IMG/VR virus record: IMGVR_UViG_3300045988_071280
Strand: one strand, 5' to 3'
From: a virus
Length of the DNA stretch: 64,000 nucleotides
Every line of letters starts with the position of its first letter. The stretch's first letter is position 1. Made by a program: the position numbers and the translations under genes. Below the pieces are notes generated by a model. The model was not told the DNA's origin, ran no database searches, and worked only from the letters and a program-made list of their open reading frames with translations. This document shows positions 1 to 9,929 of this stretch, piece after piece.

Positions 1-178
1 TATAAGAATCCTACGCATAGCTTAGATCTTGTAATGCCTTTAAAAAAGAAAACAGGATGGGTTAATATATTTATAAATGGCGAATATATATACAACAGAG
101 CAAAGTGCCAAAGTAAATGCGATAATAAACAAAGCTGTTGATACTATTCAGATAGAGTGGTATGAATAAATAAAGATT

Positions 179-877
179 ATGAGTGAGTTTAAAGATCGAT
201 TATTAAAGCAATTAGAGACAGACTATTCAGAAAATGCCAGAGACTGTCTTAAAATATATGAAGCTATTGAAAAGTTAAATGGAGGGAGTGTCCCTAGTGA
301 TCAATGGATGGTATTATCCAGAGTTCAACATTTAGGAACCCATATAGATCCTATGAGAGTTTATTCCCCTTCTAAAATAGGTTATGTATTCCTAAAAGGA
401 TTAGAAAGAAACGACGAGATGAAAACATTACTAATAACAGAAACAGAGGCTAGGATGATTTATTCAAGTATATCCGGAGAATTTAAGAAAAAGCTTGAAG
501 ATATCTTCGGAATAGAAAGACTTACATTGAGTTTCCAGGACCTGGTGAAGACCTATGAGGATGCATGTGAAATCACGGGATCAGTTCCTGATATAGAATG
601 TGATGATAGTTCAGAATTAGCACGCTTAAAACTAATACAGATTTATAAAGCTTGTAATATATTAAACAATAATTGGAAGCCTGGTATTTCTAAAAATGGT
701 TTAGATATATATTACCCGTCTTTTATATGGGATAAAGGTAAATTTAAATATAAAGAAGTGGAACATGGTGCATACATTAACTATGATCCTAAATTATGTT
801 GTGGCAAAAGAGAGGATGCTTTTTACATAGGAACTCGTTTTATTGACTTATATAGGGATTATTTATTACTAGAGTAA
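179..877 (+). CDS. hypothetical protein
   Basis: 232-aa ATG ORF at the head of a tightly spaced co-directional gene array. No motif recognised. Confidence 0.55.
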   Translation: MSEFKDRLLKQLETDYSENARDCLKIYEAIEKLNGGSVPSDQWMVLSRVQHLGTHIDPMRVYSPSKIGYVFLKGLERNDEMKTLLITETEARMIYSSISGEFKKKLEDIFGIERLTLSFQDLVKTYEDACEITGSVPDIECDDSSELARLKLIQIYKACNILNNNWKPGISKNGLDIYYPSFIWDKGKFKYKEVEHGAYINYDPKLCCGKREDAFYIGTRFIDLYRDYLLLE

Positions 878-878
878 A

Positions 879-1064
879 ATGGAAATACAAGAAATAAAAA
901 TTGATGGGATAACATATATAAGGAATAAATGTTCCCGGGTATGTAGTGATTGTGCTGTCAGGGATAAAGTGGATTGTACTATTCTCATTCAAAGTGAACA
1001 AGTTACGCTTTGTCATCTATTTGATGGATATGCACTTAAAGTAAAGGAGGAATATGAGAAATAA
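879..1064 (+). CDS. small Cys-rich hypothetical protein
   Basis: 61-aa ORF starting 2 nt after the previous stop. Contains CSRVCSDC...C..C cysteine clusters. Confidence 0.45.
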   Translation: MEIQEIKIDGITYIRNKCSRVCSDCAVRDKVDCTILIQSEQVTLCHLFDGYALKVKEEYEK

Positions 1065-1272
1065 TAAGGATCTTATTAAAATCAGTAAAGGTCATTATAC
1101 CTATAAGGGTATTCAGATAAACTGCATTGGGTATTATCCTCCGGAAAAAAGAGTAGTATGGGAAGCTGTAGACAAGAATGGCTGTGGTTTCGCCCACTCT
1201 TTTTCCTTAAGAAATACTATTAGGTTAATCGATGAAGATATTAAAATCAAAATTAAATTAAAGGAGGATTAA
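1054..1272 (+). CDS. hypothetical protein
   Basis: 72-aa ORF overlapping the previous stop by 11 nt, with a GGAGG-like sequence upstream. Confidence 0.45.
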   Translation: MRNNKDLIKISKGHYTYKGIQINCIGYYPPEKRVVWEAVDKNGCGFAHSFSLRNTIRLIDEDIKIKIKLKED

Positions 1273-1273
1273 T

Positions 1274-1606
1274 ATGTTTCCAATTAATTTTATAATAGCT
1301 TTTATAATAATTGTTTTATTTCTTATTTTTGTTGCTCAAGAACTTCGTGATAGAGATATTAATTTCTATAACAAATATAAAATTTTTGAGAACAAAAACG
1401 GACATTATGTTGTTAAATATGTAAAATATTATCTCTACGGATTTATTCCTATGTGGAGATGGCTTAAGAAGAAATGTCCTTTTAGCTTGGATGAAGAGGT
1501 TGTCGAATTTCAACATAAAGAATCAGCACATAATATTATGTTAGACTACTACGAATTGGCTCGCCATGATTATAATATAACTAAAATCAAAAATAAAACA
1601 CTTTAA
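1274..1606 (+). CDS. hypothetical membrane protein
   Basis: 110-aa ORF with a hydrophobic N-terminus (FPINFIIAFIIIVLFLIFV). Ends in a TAA TAA double stop. Confidence 0.5.
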   Translation: MFPINFIIAFIIIVLFLIFVAQELRDRDINFYNKYKIFENKNGHYVVKYVKYYLYGFIPMWRWLKKKCPFSLDEEVVEFQHKESAHNIMLDYYELARHDYNITKIKNKTL

Positions 1607-1925
1607 TAAATAACAGAAGAACAAATTAGAGATTATAAAATAGCATCACGAACAAAAATTGCTCTCTTAAACAAACACTCTATAGTTACGGAAAATTTAG
1701 AAATAAATGGTATATTTACTCCTGATATACTTGATAATTGTAGCAGTTTATCTTATAAGTGTTATACAATATATATAGAATTACAAAAAGAAGTTGATGA
1801 TACATTCAAAAAAGCTATTGAAAGAATCACCAATATTATATCTGAAATATAAATATTTAATAAATTAATATCTATATATGAAGATATATTAGATTAAGTA
1901 AATAACTAAATTAATATTTAAAAAG

Positions 1926-2747
1926 ATGTTACCTATATTATATCTAATTAGATATATTCATAATGTTTGTATGAAATTTCTAAAAGAAGTAAACTTCGAT
2001 GAAGCTGTAGATATGTACATAGATGAACGTACTAGATCCAATTGTTTAATTGAAAGAATTAGACTAAATAATTTTCGGAATCTTTTAATGGAAGGTGTAG
2101 AAAACTCTACAGATTTAAAGATTTTTTCAAAAAATTGTATAAAGTTTCTTACTAAAGCTTTTAGTAGCTCTGATATAATAGAAGCTTTTACTCATTGTAA
2201 TGTAAATGGATCGTGGGAGGAATTTGAGTATAGTTATAGGATTTGGTATTCGAATATATTAGAACATAATGTTGTAAATCCTGATATATATAATCTTAAT
2301 TATATACTACAAGGAGGAGAGGGGCTTAAAAATTCCTGGAAAGATAATTCCTGTAATTTTAATCTACTGCTCACTTATATAAACAGATATAATCATGAAC
2401 CTTCTAATTATTATCCAAACGAACTAAAAATATCTATTCTAAAAGATGCTAAACGTATTATAAAATTAAAAAGTATATCAGGGTTATGTTTAGCTCTTAA
2501 GGCATCTTTTCAATGTCAACCAAAATTTTACTATCATAATGGTATAAAAGAAATACCAAATCTATCTACAGCATTACAATATTATTTTCCAGAGTTTAAT
2601 AAGGATAGATTTGCTCCGTATTGTACTGATTATAATGGTTACTGGTGGGATCCTGATGATAAAACTTCAAGAATAGATGTACTATCTATATTAATAGATA
2701 TATACGAAGAAGAATTAAATGATAAAAATCTTTATTATGTTGAATAA
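1926..2747 (+). CDS. hypothetical protein
   Basis: 273-aa ORF. An alternative ATG at 1971 (MKFLKEV) is equally plausible. Confidence 0.5.
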   Translation: MLPILYLIRYIHNVCMKFLKEVNFDEAVDMYIDERTRSNCLIERIRLNNFRNLLMEGVENSTDLKIFSKNCIKFLTKAFSSSDIIEAFTHCNVNGSWEEFEYSYRIWYSNILEHNVVNPDIYNLNYILQGGEGLKNSWKDNSCNFNLLLTYINRYNHEPSNYYPNELKISILKDAKRIIKLKSISGLCLALKASFQCQPKFYYHNGIKEIPNLSTALQYYFPEFNKDRFAPYCTDYNGYWWDPDDKTSRIDVLSILIDIYEEELNDKNLYYVE

Positions 2748-2883
2748 GTTTTTATTAGAACGCATGAAGGAAAATAACTTATACTTTAGGGGGGGGGATT
2801 TAAGTAAAAATATAAGATCTCAGCTATAGAATAATAAATATTATAACTAAATTTAATTATAAACTTTAAAATTTATTATATCT

Positions 2884-3250
2884 ATGGCAAAAGAATTTAT
2901 TACTGAGGACGATGTTAGTACTAGTTACATAACATCCTCAAAAGTTTATGAACTAATTAATGGTGTTAAGCCAAATTACACTACTGTAGGTTCTAATGGG
3001 TATATTACATTTCCGGCGGAATAACTTTTGAATAGGGAAATGTATCAGTAGCATCTGGATCACGAGAAGTAACTGTTAGTTTACCAAAATCCTTGTCCTA
3101 TGTATTTCAAGGGTATGTTAGTGTACAACATTCTGTTAATGAAGGAGCATATGTAGCATATGTAAGATCTATATCTACTACTACATTAAAATTATATAAA
3201 TATGGGTCGATGCAAATACACTTAGGTGGTTTGTTGTAGGAAAGGTTTAA
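2884..3250 (+). pseudogene. disrupted small gene resembling a tail-fibre gp53-like C-terminal domain
   Basis: ATG 2884 reads ...SNGYYISGGITFE, then an in-frame TAG (3031-3033) where homologues usually have Trp (..QWG..). A frame change near 3059-3062 is needed to continue into REVTVSLPKSLSYVFQGYV. A further shift near 3200 may be needed to reach WFVVGKV*. Confidence 0.45.
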
Positions 3251-3341
3251 ATATTTAATATTATTTAAATAAAACATACAAAACTAATTATTCTAATAAT
3301 CACTTAAATCTTTATTTATAAATGAAAGGATAAAATCTCTA

Positions 3342-3707
3342 GTGTATAATAAAAATATCTACACACATCCTACTCCTATAACAGCAAGAGTAGAAGTAGT
3401 TGAGAAAGAAGAAGGATTATACAGTACGTATATATTTAAAGATTTAGATCTAGAAAATGAATATTATATGATAACTAAATATCCAAATTGGAATCAAGGT
3501 CCTATAAATATCGGGGATATTGGATATGTTACTTATTATATAATAATCGCAGGAGTATCTAAATGGTATGTTAATTCTGGAGAAAATGTAAAAGAAGTAT
3601 ATACTCCATATAATTATACTCATTTAGCTCTTGTTAAATTTATTAAAGATAATTCTAATATAATTAAAAAAGATAAAGATAATAAACTTAAAATAAAAAT
3701 TATTTAA
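3342..3707 (+). CDS. hypothetical protein
   Basis: 121-aa ORF with a GTG start and AGGA upstream. Confidence 0.45.
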   Translation: MYNKNIYTHPTPITARVEVVEKEEGLYSTYIFKDLDLENEYYMITKYPNWNQGPINIGDIGYVTYYIIIAGVSKWYVNSGENVKEVYTPYNYTHLALVKFIKDNSNIIKKDKDNKLKIKII

Positions 3708-3719
3708 ACACATAAAGTT

Positions 3720-4580
3720 ATGACATTATTAAAAGAAAGACTATTAGAAGCACAAGAAAGAAAAGAGAATGATATTAAAAACTTTACATGGTTATATCCG
3801 AAAGATAGAGATAATGGAAATGTTCAGAATGAGGTTAAATTAGTATCTTGTACTGAGGAACAACTTAAGGGTTTTTATTCCCACTGTAATAAAATGTTAT
3901 ATAATGACTCTAAGGAAAATCCCGGAAGAGTTAATGTGTTAAAAATAATTCAGGACCAAATTACAAAGATTGGAGTCGAGTTAATGCTTCGAGATTTCGA
4001 AGCTAAAAATGAGAATTTCGATAGATTCTCTTTCGCATTATCTATCGATGAGTTCTTGGAAAAGAATAAAGATGTAGATCCCAAAGTTGCTACAATTAAG
4101 AACTTTATTAAGGTAGCTAGAAAATATGAAGATTTAACTTTACATTCTGTATATGAAGGATGTATTGGGAAGTTGGGATTATTTGAGAATCCTCATATCA
4201 CTAAATCTTTTATTCTTAGAATGGGGCTATGGATGAGTAAAATGGCTGGAGATCATAAGAAATTAAAAGAGTGGGCTGAGTTAAATAAATTATCCAGCTT
4301 AAATCCTATGGATAAAGTATATAAATATTTAAGACTTAAAGAACATGATAAATTAAGATCTAATCCAACCGGATTAACTTTATCCCAGATAAAAGGGATG
4401 TTAGAAATTACTAACCATCCTAAAAAGTATAGTGAATTAACTACAGAACAGCTAACAACTCTTAGATATAGGGTATTGTTAGACTTAAGAACTAGTGTAA
4501 GAAGTCATATCTCAAGATGGGAAACTTTAAAGCATCAGATTGAATTAGTTGCTGAATCTAAAGGATTTAAATTGCTTTAA
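3720..4580 (+). CDS. hypothetical protein
   Basis: 286-aa ORF whose stop overlaps the polymerase ATG (TAATG). Confidence 0.55.
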   Translation: MTLLKERLLEAQERKENDIKNFTWLYPKDRDNGNVQNEVKLVSCTEEQLKGFYSHCNKMLYNDSKENPGRVNVLKIIQDQITKIGVELMLRDFEAKNENFDRFSFALSIDEFLEKNKDVDPKVATIKNFIKVARKYEDLTLHSVYEGCIGKLGLFENPHITKSFILRMGLWMSKMAGDHKKLKEWAELNKLSSLNPMDKVYKYLRLKEHDKLRSNPTGLTLSQIKGMLEITNHPKKYSELTTEQLTTLRYRVLLDLRTSVRSHISRWETLKHQIELVAESKGFKLL

Positions 4581-5935
4581 TGATTTATTACGTAACAAAA
4601 GCTTCTGAACTATATAAATCTAATAGATATACTATTATATCCCCTGAAGAGTCGTTAAAATTACTACATCCATTAAAATATGTAGGAACAGATACTGAAA
4701 CTGAAGGATTAGATTGTCATAGTAAGAAACTTTTATCTATTCAATTTGGATGTAGGGATTTTCAAGTAGTTATAGATTGTACTACTATAAATCCCATTAT
4801 ATATAAAGATTATTTAGAATCCGAAAGAATTTTTCTTTTATGGAATGCTAATTTTGATCTTAAATTCTTCTATAAAATAGGAATCTTTCCAGATAATATC
4901 CGAGACTTGATGTTATCTGAAAAAGCTATATATCTAGGATATCCTTCTGGTATGCATAGTATGGCTTTGAAAGAAGCTGCTTGGAAGTATCTAAAAAAGA
5001 GTCTAGATAAATCTGTTAGAGGAAAAATTATCACTCAAGGTTTAAATGAAGAAACTATCGTATATTCCGCAGAGGATGTTGAGCACTTGGAGGATATAAT
5101 GATTGCTCAACAACCAGAATTAGATAATCAAAATTTAAATGCAGCACTTAAATTAGAAAATGAATATGTTAAAGTAAATGCTTATTTTGAATTTTGTGGA
5201 GCTAAATTAGATATTTCTAAGTGGAAGGAGAAAATGAAGAGGGATCAGGAGAACTTAAATAAAGCTAAAGATATCCTCGATTCATGGGTTGTTGATTGGG
5301 AAAATGATAGAATATCTAGAGAATCTGAGTTAGTATATTTAGATGTTTCCAAATTTAGAGGGGATAATGTTATAGAAGAAGATAGGAAAAAATTAAAATT
5401 TGCAAAGAGAAGAAAAGAGTCCGACATCAGAGAGAAAGATGGCACCTTAATTGCAGAAGCATATGAGAAAGAAGTTAAGAGGAAGTATTCTAGTATAAAT
5501 ACTCAGGGGAATTTATTTTCCGGGTTTGATTTAACCCCTAAGTGTACTATCAACTGGAAAAGCTCTGCACAAGTATTACTTCTATTCGAAGAATTAGGCA
5601 TAAAATGTTCTACAATAGATCCGAAAACCAAAGCTTTCAAAAAGTCTATAAATGAAAAAGTTATAGCTCCACAAAAGAAAAAGTTTCCGATTATTGAGTT
5701 GTATCTTAATTTTAAAGAAGCAGAGAAGTTAGTAGATTCTTTTGGACAGAAATTTTTGGATTTTGTTAATCCAGCTACTGGAAGAATACATTCTACTTTT
5801 CATCAGTTTGGTACGGATACGGGGAGATTGTCGTCTACAAGTCCTAATCTACAGCAATTACCAAAGGATGCACTTACTAGATCATGCTTTGTAGCAGAAA
5901 AAGGGAATAAATGGATTAGTTGTGACTATTCTGGT
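4580..5935 (+). CDS. polA: family A DNA polymerase, exon 1 (3'-5' exonuclease domain through motif A)
   Basis: Contains the DTETEGL exonuclease motif and TGRIHSTFHQFGTDTGRLSSTSPNLQQLP. The ORF breaks inside motif A (ISCDYSG|). Confidence 0.9.
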
Positions 5936-5990
5936 TAAAATTGTCATATATAAATGTAATTTTTCTTCATTAATAAAATTTAATAAAATA

Positions 5991-6022
5991 TTTGGATTAA
6001 TCCTGACTAATCTGTATCTTTG
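5991..6022 (+). promoter_or_regulatory. Bacteroidota-type promoter inside intron polA-i1
   Basis: TTTG (5991-5994), a 20-nt spacer, then TATCTTTG (6015-6022), 24 nt upstream of the endonuclease ATG. Confidence 0.5.
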
Positions 6023-6046
6023 CATATTAATCAATACATTTTTATT

Positions 6047-7105
6047 ATGTCAAAGAGAATCACTAAAAGTCAAGAAAATGAAATTATTAAATTGTATGTA
6101 GAGGAAAATAAATCCTCTAAAGAAATTTCGGAGATTATAGGAATCTCTAGTAGTTCAGTATTAAGAGTTTTAAAGAGAAATAATATTGAAACTAGATCTA
6201 AAGCTCCAGTTAGGATACCTAATAAGTTTGGTGAAGAAAAAGAAAAAGAAATTATTAGATTATATACAGAAGAAAATAAAAGTACATTAGAGATTGCAAA
6301 TATTTTCGAAACTTATAATACTTCTATTAGAAGAGTTTTAGAAAGAAATAATGTAAAAATTCGTTCTTATAGTGAAGCTCAACGCTATATAGAGTTAGAA
6401 GATATATCTCTAAAAGAGGGTACTAGAGACTTTGATTATTTTTTAGGGTTATTAGCTACAGACGGATGTGTAACAGAAAATAAGATAGTATTAGATTTTA
6501 GTGAAGAAAACAAGGAACTTTTAGACTATTGGAATGATTTTTTAGGGAATAAATGTAACATTACTATTTCCATTCATAAAGTTTTTAAAGTTCCACAATA
6601 TAGAATAGCTTTTAGGAATAAAGAAGTTGTTAAATATTTAGCTACCTTTGGAATAGTCCCTAGAAAATCCTTCAATTTGAAACTAAAATACATTAATTGG
6701 GATGTATTAAGAGGCATTATTGACGGGGATGGATGTATTTCTTCTACTAATTCAGGAAATACAATAAAATTAGGAATCACTTCTGCATGTAAAGAATTCC
6801 TAATTCAAATCCAAGAATTTCTAGAAGGCGAAGGAATTACTTCTTTTATAAATGAAAGTAAAAGAAACGAAAATCCAATATTTGATCTTTTTGTATATAA
6901 AACTAATGATTTAATGATAATACATAAACATTTATATACTGATGCTCATTACTTTCTTAAAAGAAAAGAGAGTAATTTTGGCCCAATATTAAAGAAATTT
7001 AATATATGTAACTCCGTAAATTCAGTTAACGATGAGCATTCCAAGACTGAGCCAAGCCTTATAGAGGAAGGTGCAGAGACTAGAAACGGAGAACCTAAGG
7101 AATAG
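6047..7105 (+). CDS. LAGLIDADG homing endonuclease with N-terminal tandem HTH repeats
   Basis: Two LAGLIDADG motifs (FLGLLATDGCV, LRGIIDGDGCIS) and two repeats of SKEISEIIGISSSSVLRVLKRNNIETRS type. ATG 6047 is preferred over the tracked TTG at 6020. Confidence 0.85.
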   Translation: MSKRITKSQENEIIKLYVEENKSSKEISEIIGISSSSVLRVLKRNNIETRSKAPVRIPNKFGEEKEKEIIRLYTEENKSTLEIANIFETYNTSIRRVLERNNVKIRSYSEAQRYIELEDISLKEGTRDFDYFLGLLATDGCVTENKIVLDFSEENKELLDYWNDFLGNKCNITISIHKVFKVPQYRIAFRNKEVVKYLATFGIVPRKSFNLKLKYINWDVLRGIIDGDGCISSTNSGNTIKLGITSACKEFLIQIQEFLEGEGITSFINESKRNENPIFDLFVYKTNDLMIIHKHLYTDAHYFLKRKESNFGPILKKFNICNSVNSVNDEHSKTEPSLIEEGAETRNGEPKE

Positions 7106-7157
7106 TATTAGTATATACTATTCTATGGTTAAGGTATAGTCCAGTGTTGACACACTG

Positions 7158-7745
7158 CAAGAAAGTTTCATTATGGCATCTCTATCCAATGATTCCGCTA
7201 TGTTAGATGAGCTACTTAGGGGATCCGGTGACCTTCATTCGCTAACAGCTCGAATGGTGTTCGAAGAGATACCAGATGATACACCACTTAAAGAAATTAA
7301 GACAAAATACCATGATCTCAGACAAAAAGCTAAAGGTTATGAATTTTGCTTTAATTATGGAGGAAATGCCTCTACTCTAGTAAAAAATTATGGGATAGAT
7401 GAGGATTATGCGAAATCTATTTACGATAACTACATGTCTGGTTTTGATGGTTTATGTAGATATCAGAAAAATCAGAGAGATTTTGTTAATAGATATGGTT
7501 ATATTATATTAAATAAACTAGGTCTTCGTGCTCATATATATGACTTCTCTGATTGGGAATATTTAAAGCAGAATAACCCAAGAGAGTATAGACAAAGGAA
7601 AGCAGCTTCAGAAAAGCAGGCAATCAACTATAAAATACAGGGCTCAGGTGCTGCAATGTGGAAATTGGCAATGGTAAAGATATTTAATTATATTAAAAAG
7701 AATAATTATCTTAATATAGTTAAATTATGTGTGCCAGTACACGAT
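7158..7745 (+). CDS. polA: family A DNA polymerase, exon 2 (motif A remainder through motif C)
   Basis: Reads QESFIMASLSNDSAMLDELL..DLHSLTA and motif B-like INYKIQGSGAAMWK. Ends at motif C (VPVHD|). Confidence 0.85.
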
Positions 7746-8114
7746 AATTCTCAACTTTGTCGTGTTAAAACTTGGTTAATTGCTGGGAATCTTTAAAATA
7801 CTATATACTACAAAAATATTGAAAAATATTTTGAATGTTTTAATAAATATAGTATATCTATGTTAAATATAATATAGAGATAAGACAATCAGCAGCTTTT
7901 TCCTAAGTAATACAATTATAAGGAAAGAAGTTCAGAGACTATCTAGAAATAGAGTAAGCTCCAAGAGGAGTTGAAACGCCAAGGTAAGACAGTATTAGAT
8001 TTTGAATCTCGTTAACTATCTAATATGCTAAATAGAATTGTCTTATAAGATATAGTCCGATACTGCAAGAGATTGCAGAAATATCGCGGAATCGGCGATA
8101 TTGTTAACATAAAG
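7746..8114 (+). mobile_element. ORF-less group I intron polA-i2 (369 nt)
   Basis: A 7-bp P1 forms between exon ACACGAT (7739-7745) and GTCGTGT (7759-7765). R GTTCAGAGACTATC lies near 7930 and S AAGATATAGTCC at 8047-8058. The intron ends ...AACATAAAG|GAAGTC. Confidence 0.85.
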
Positions 8115-8261
8115 GAAGTCAACTTAGAAGCACCAGAGAACATAGCAGATGAGATAGCCTCTGTAGTAGTAACTGCAATGAAGTCTGCTGGAGTATATTT
8201 TTGTCCAAATGCTCCCTTAAATGTTACTTGTGATATAGGGGATTTTTGGATTCATGAATAA
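8115..8261 (+). CDS. polA: family A DNA polymerase, exon 3 (C-terminus)
   Basis: Splicing gives VHD|EVNLEAPENIADE..., completing motif C (HDE). All three exons are in phase 0. Confidence 0.85.
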   Translation, partial: EVNLEAPENIADEIASVVVTAMKSAGVYFCPNAPLNVTCDIGDFWIHE

Positions 8262-8487
8262 TATAAGTTAATTATATGGTAACCAACGAAGAATTATCTC
8301 TTAAACTTGATCAAGTTCTTAGAAATCAGAGGAATTAAAAACAATAGGATTGGTAACAATCCAAATTCTAAATAAATTCATAGAACATGAGAAAGGTCCA
8401 GAAGATTTTATTAGGAATATAATAGCTAATATAACCGGAGATGAAATAGAATGGAATAGAAGAGGACAGTATATAAAATAAGTTAAT

Positions 8488-8739
8488 ATGATAGAGTTAA
8501 AAATACTTCCAAAATTTTATGATGATATTATATATAAGGATAAGAGATTCGAAGTAAGAAATATTATAGATAGAACATTCAAACTCGGAGATCTAATTCT
8601 TTTAAGAGAATATTACAAAGGAGAATATACTGATCGAGAATGTATTATAAAGATTATATATATTCTAAAAGATCCTGAATATTGTAAAGAAAATACATGT
8701 ATCTTTGGATTTGAATTAATTACTACTAATCACATATAA
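8488..8739 (+). CDS. ASCH/DUF3850-like protein
   Basis: ELKILPKFYDDIIYKDKRFEVRN..FKLGDLILLREY matches the DUF3850 pattern from memory. Confidence 0.55.
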   Translation: MIELKILPKFYDDIIYKDKRFEVRNIIDRTFKLGDLILLREYYKGEYTDRECIIKIIYILKDPEYCKENTCIFGFELITTNHI

Positions 8740-9920
8740 TGAAAAAAGAAGATAGAATAAAAGAGTTAGTAGAACTCTGGAGAAAAAATAATGGGAGAGG
8801 TAGAATAATTCTCCCTAATCAATTTGGGAAACAATTATTACTATCTAAAGTATTAGAGCTTTTCTTAGATAAAAATCCTTCTTCTGAGGTATTTATTATA
8901 ACTCAAAATTATTCTTCTTCTTATCAATGGAATATGTGGTTATATACTCAGAAGTTATATAATAAATGTAAAGCTTATAGTATTTCTTATATATTAAGTA
9001 ATTTATCTACCTTTACTAAATTCCCATTCTTGATAATTGATGATGTAACTAATGAGAAAAGTTTATACAGTATTTTAAAGATTCCTTATAAATTCTTATT
9101 ATCTATAACTTCTTTTTACGATTTAAATTATTTAAAATCTCTTCCAATTGTCGGAGAAATTACTAAAGAGGAAGCAATATCTAATAAATGGATTAATAAT
9201 TATAAAGAGTATAAAGTTATTATAGATGTAGATGATTTAGATTTATATAAAGAGCATGATCAGAAGTTTTATAAATATATGAAACTATTTAATTATGATC
9301 TTACTCTAGCAATGAACTGCTTATCATCTAAAGAAGTAAGAGAAGAATTTAGTAAACTCAAGAACTGTAAAATTGAATTAGTTAATGCTTGTACTTTTGG
9401 AGTTTATAGAGAGCTTAAATGGAGAAAAGATTTTGTATTTTTCCACCCAAAAAAGAGAGAATTAACTGAAAAGATTTTAGAGTATAATAAATTTAAAAGA
9501 GTTATTATATTCTCTCCAACTATAGAAGAGTCTTATAAGTATGGAGATATTCAATACAATAGTAAACTATCAGATAAACAGAAGTTCGAAGCATTGAAGC
9601 ATATAAATTTCCCAAGTCCGATATTAGTATCTGCTGTAAATGATATTTCTTATGAAATAAAGTCGCAATTTGATGTGGAAATTATTACATGTAATAATTC
9701 ATCTAATATATTAAAAGAGAATAGATTAAAATTAATAAAAGAAGAAGGTAAGATTTTTACATTTGTTATAAAGAATACTATGGAAGAAGCTTGGTACAAG
9801 TTAAGTACTTTAGATAATGATTATATAACAATCACTGAGAAAATGCTACAAAGAGTCTTAGAAGGAAAAGAAATCTTAGAAGAAAGAATTGAAGGTCCGG
9901 AAATGATTTATAATTATTAA
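8739..9920 (+). CDS. SF2 helicase-like protein with degenerate ATPase motifs
   Basis: Walker A-like NQFGKQLL lacks the GKT/S. Also LIIDDV (motif II-like) and RVIIFSPT / ILVSAVNDISYEI (RecA2-like). Confidence 0.35.
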   Translation: MKKEDRIKELVELWRKNNGRGRIILPNQFGKQLLLSKVLELFLDKNPSSEVFIITQNYSSSYQWNMWLYTQKLYNKCKAYSISYILSNLSTFTKFPFLIIDDVTNEKSLYSILKIPYKFLLSITSFYDLNYLKSLPIVGEITKEEAISNKWINNYKEYKVIIDVDDLDLYKEHDQKFYKYMKLFNYDLTLAMNCLSSKEVREEFSKLKNCKIELVNACTFGVYRELKWRKDFVFFHPKKRELTEKILEYNKFKRVIIFSPTIEESYKYGDIQYNSKLSDKQKFEALKHINFPSPILVSAVNDISYEIKSQFDVEIITCNNSSNILKENRLKLIKEEGKIFTFVIKNTMEEAWYKLSTLDNDYITITEKMLQRVLEGKEILEERIEGPEMIYNY

Positions 9921-9929
9921 ATATTTAAC

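Larger units (their letters stand above)
5936..7157 (+). mobile_element. group I intron polA-i1 (1222 nt) carrying a LAGLIDADG endonuclease
   Basis: The 5' exon ends in T (GGT|) and the intron ends in G (CACTG|CAAGAA). R-like GTGCAGAGACTAG lies near 7071 and S-like AAGGTATAGTCC at 7131-7142. Splicing restores DYSG|QESFIMASL. Confidence 0.8.

Noticed and set aside
34-141. 35-codon ATG ORF at the left edge (MPLKKKTGWVNIF...).
   Set aside because: It is too short, has no motif, and is at the window edge. It could be the tail of a truncated upstream gene in another frame, so it is not called.
3031-3033. Possible stop-codon reassignment (TAG or TGA recoding, as reported in some crAss-like phages), prompted by the in-frame TAG at a conserved Trp position.
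   Set aside because: All long genes on both strands, including ORFs of 1059-1490 aa, are open under the standard code. The same small gene also needs frameshifts, so a pseudogene or sequencing error is the simpler explanation.
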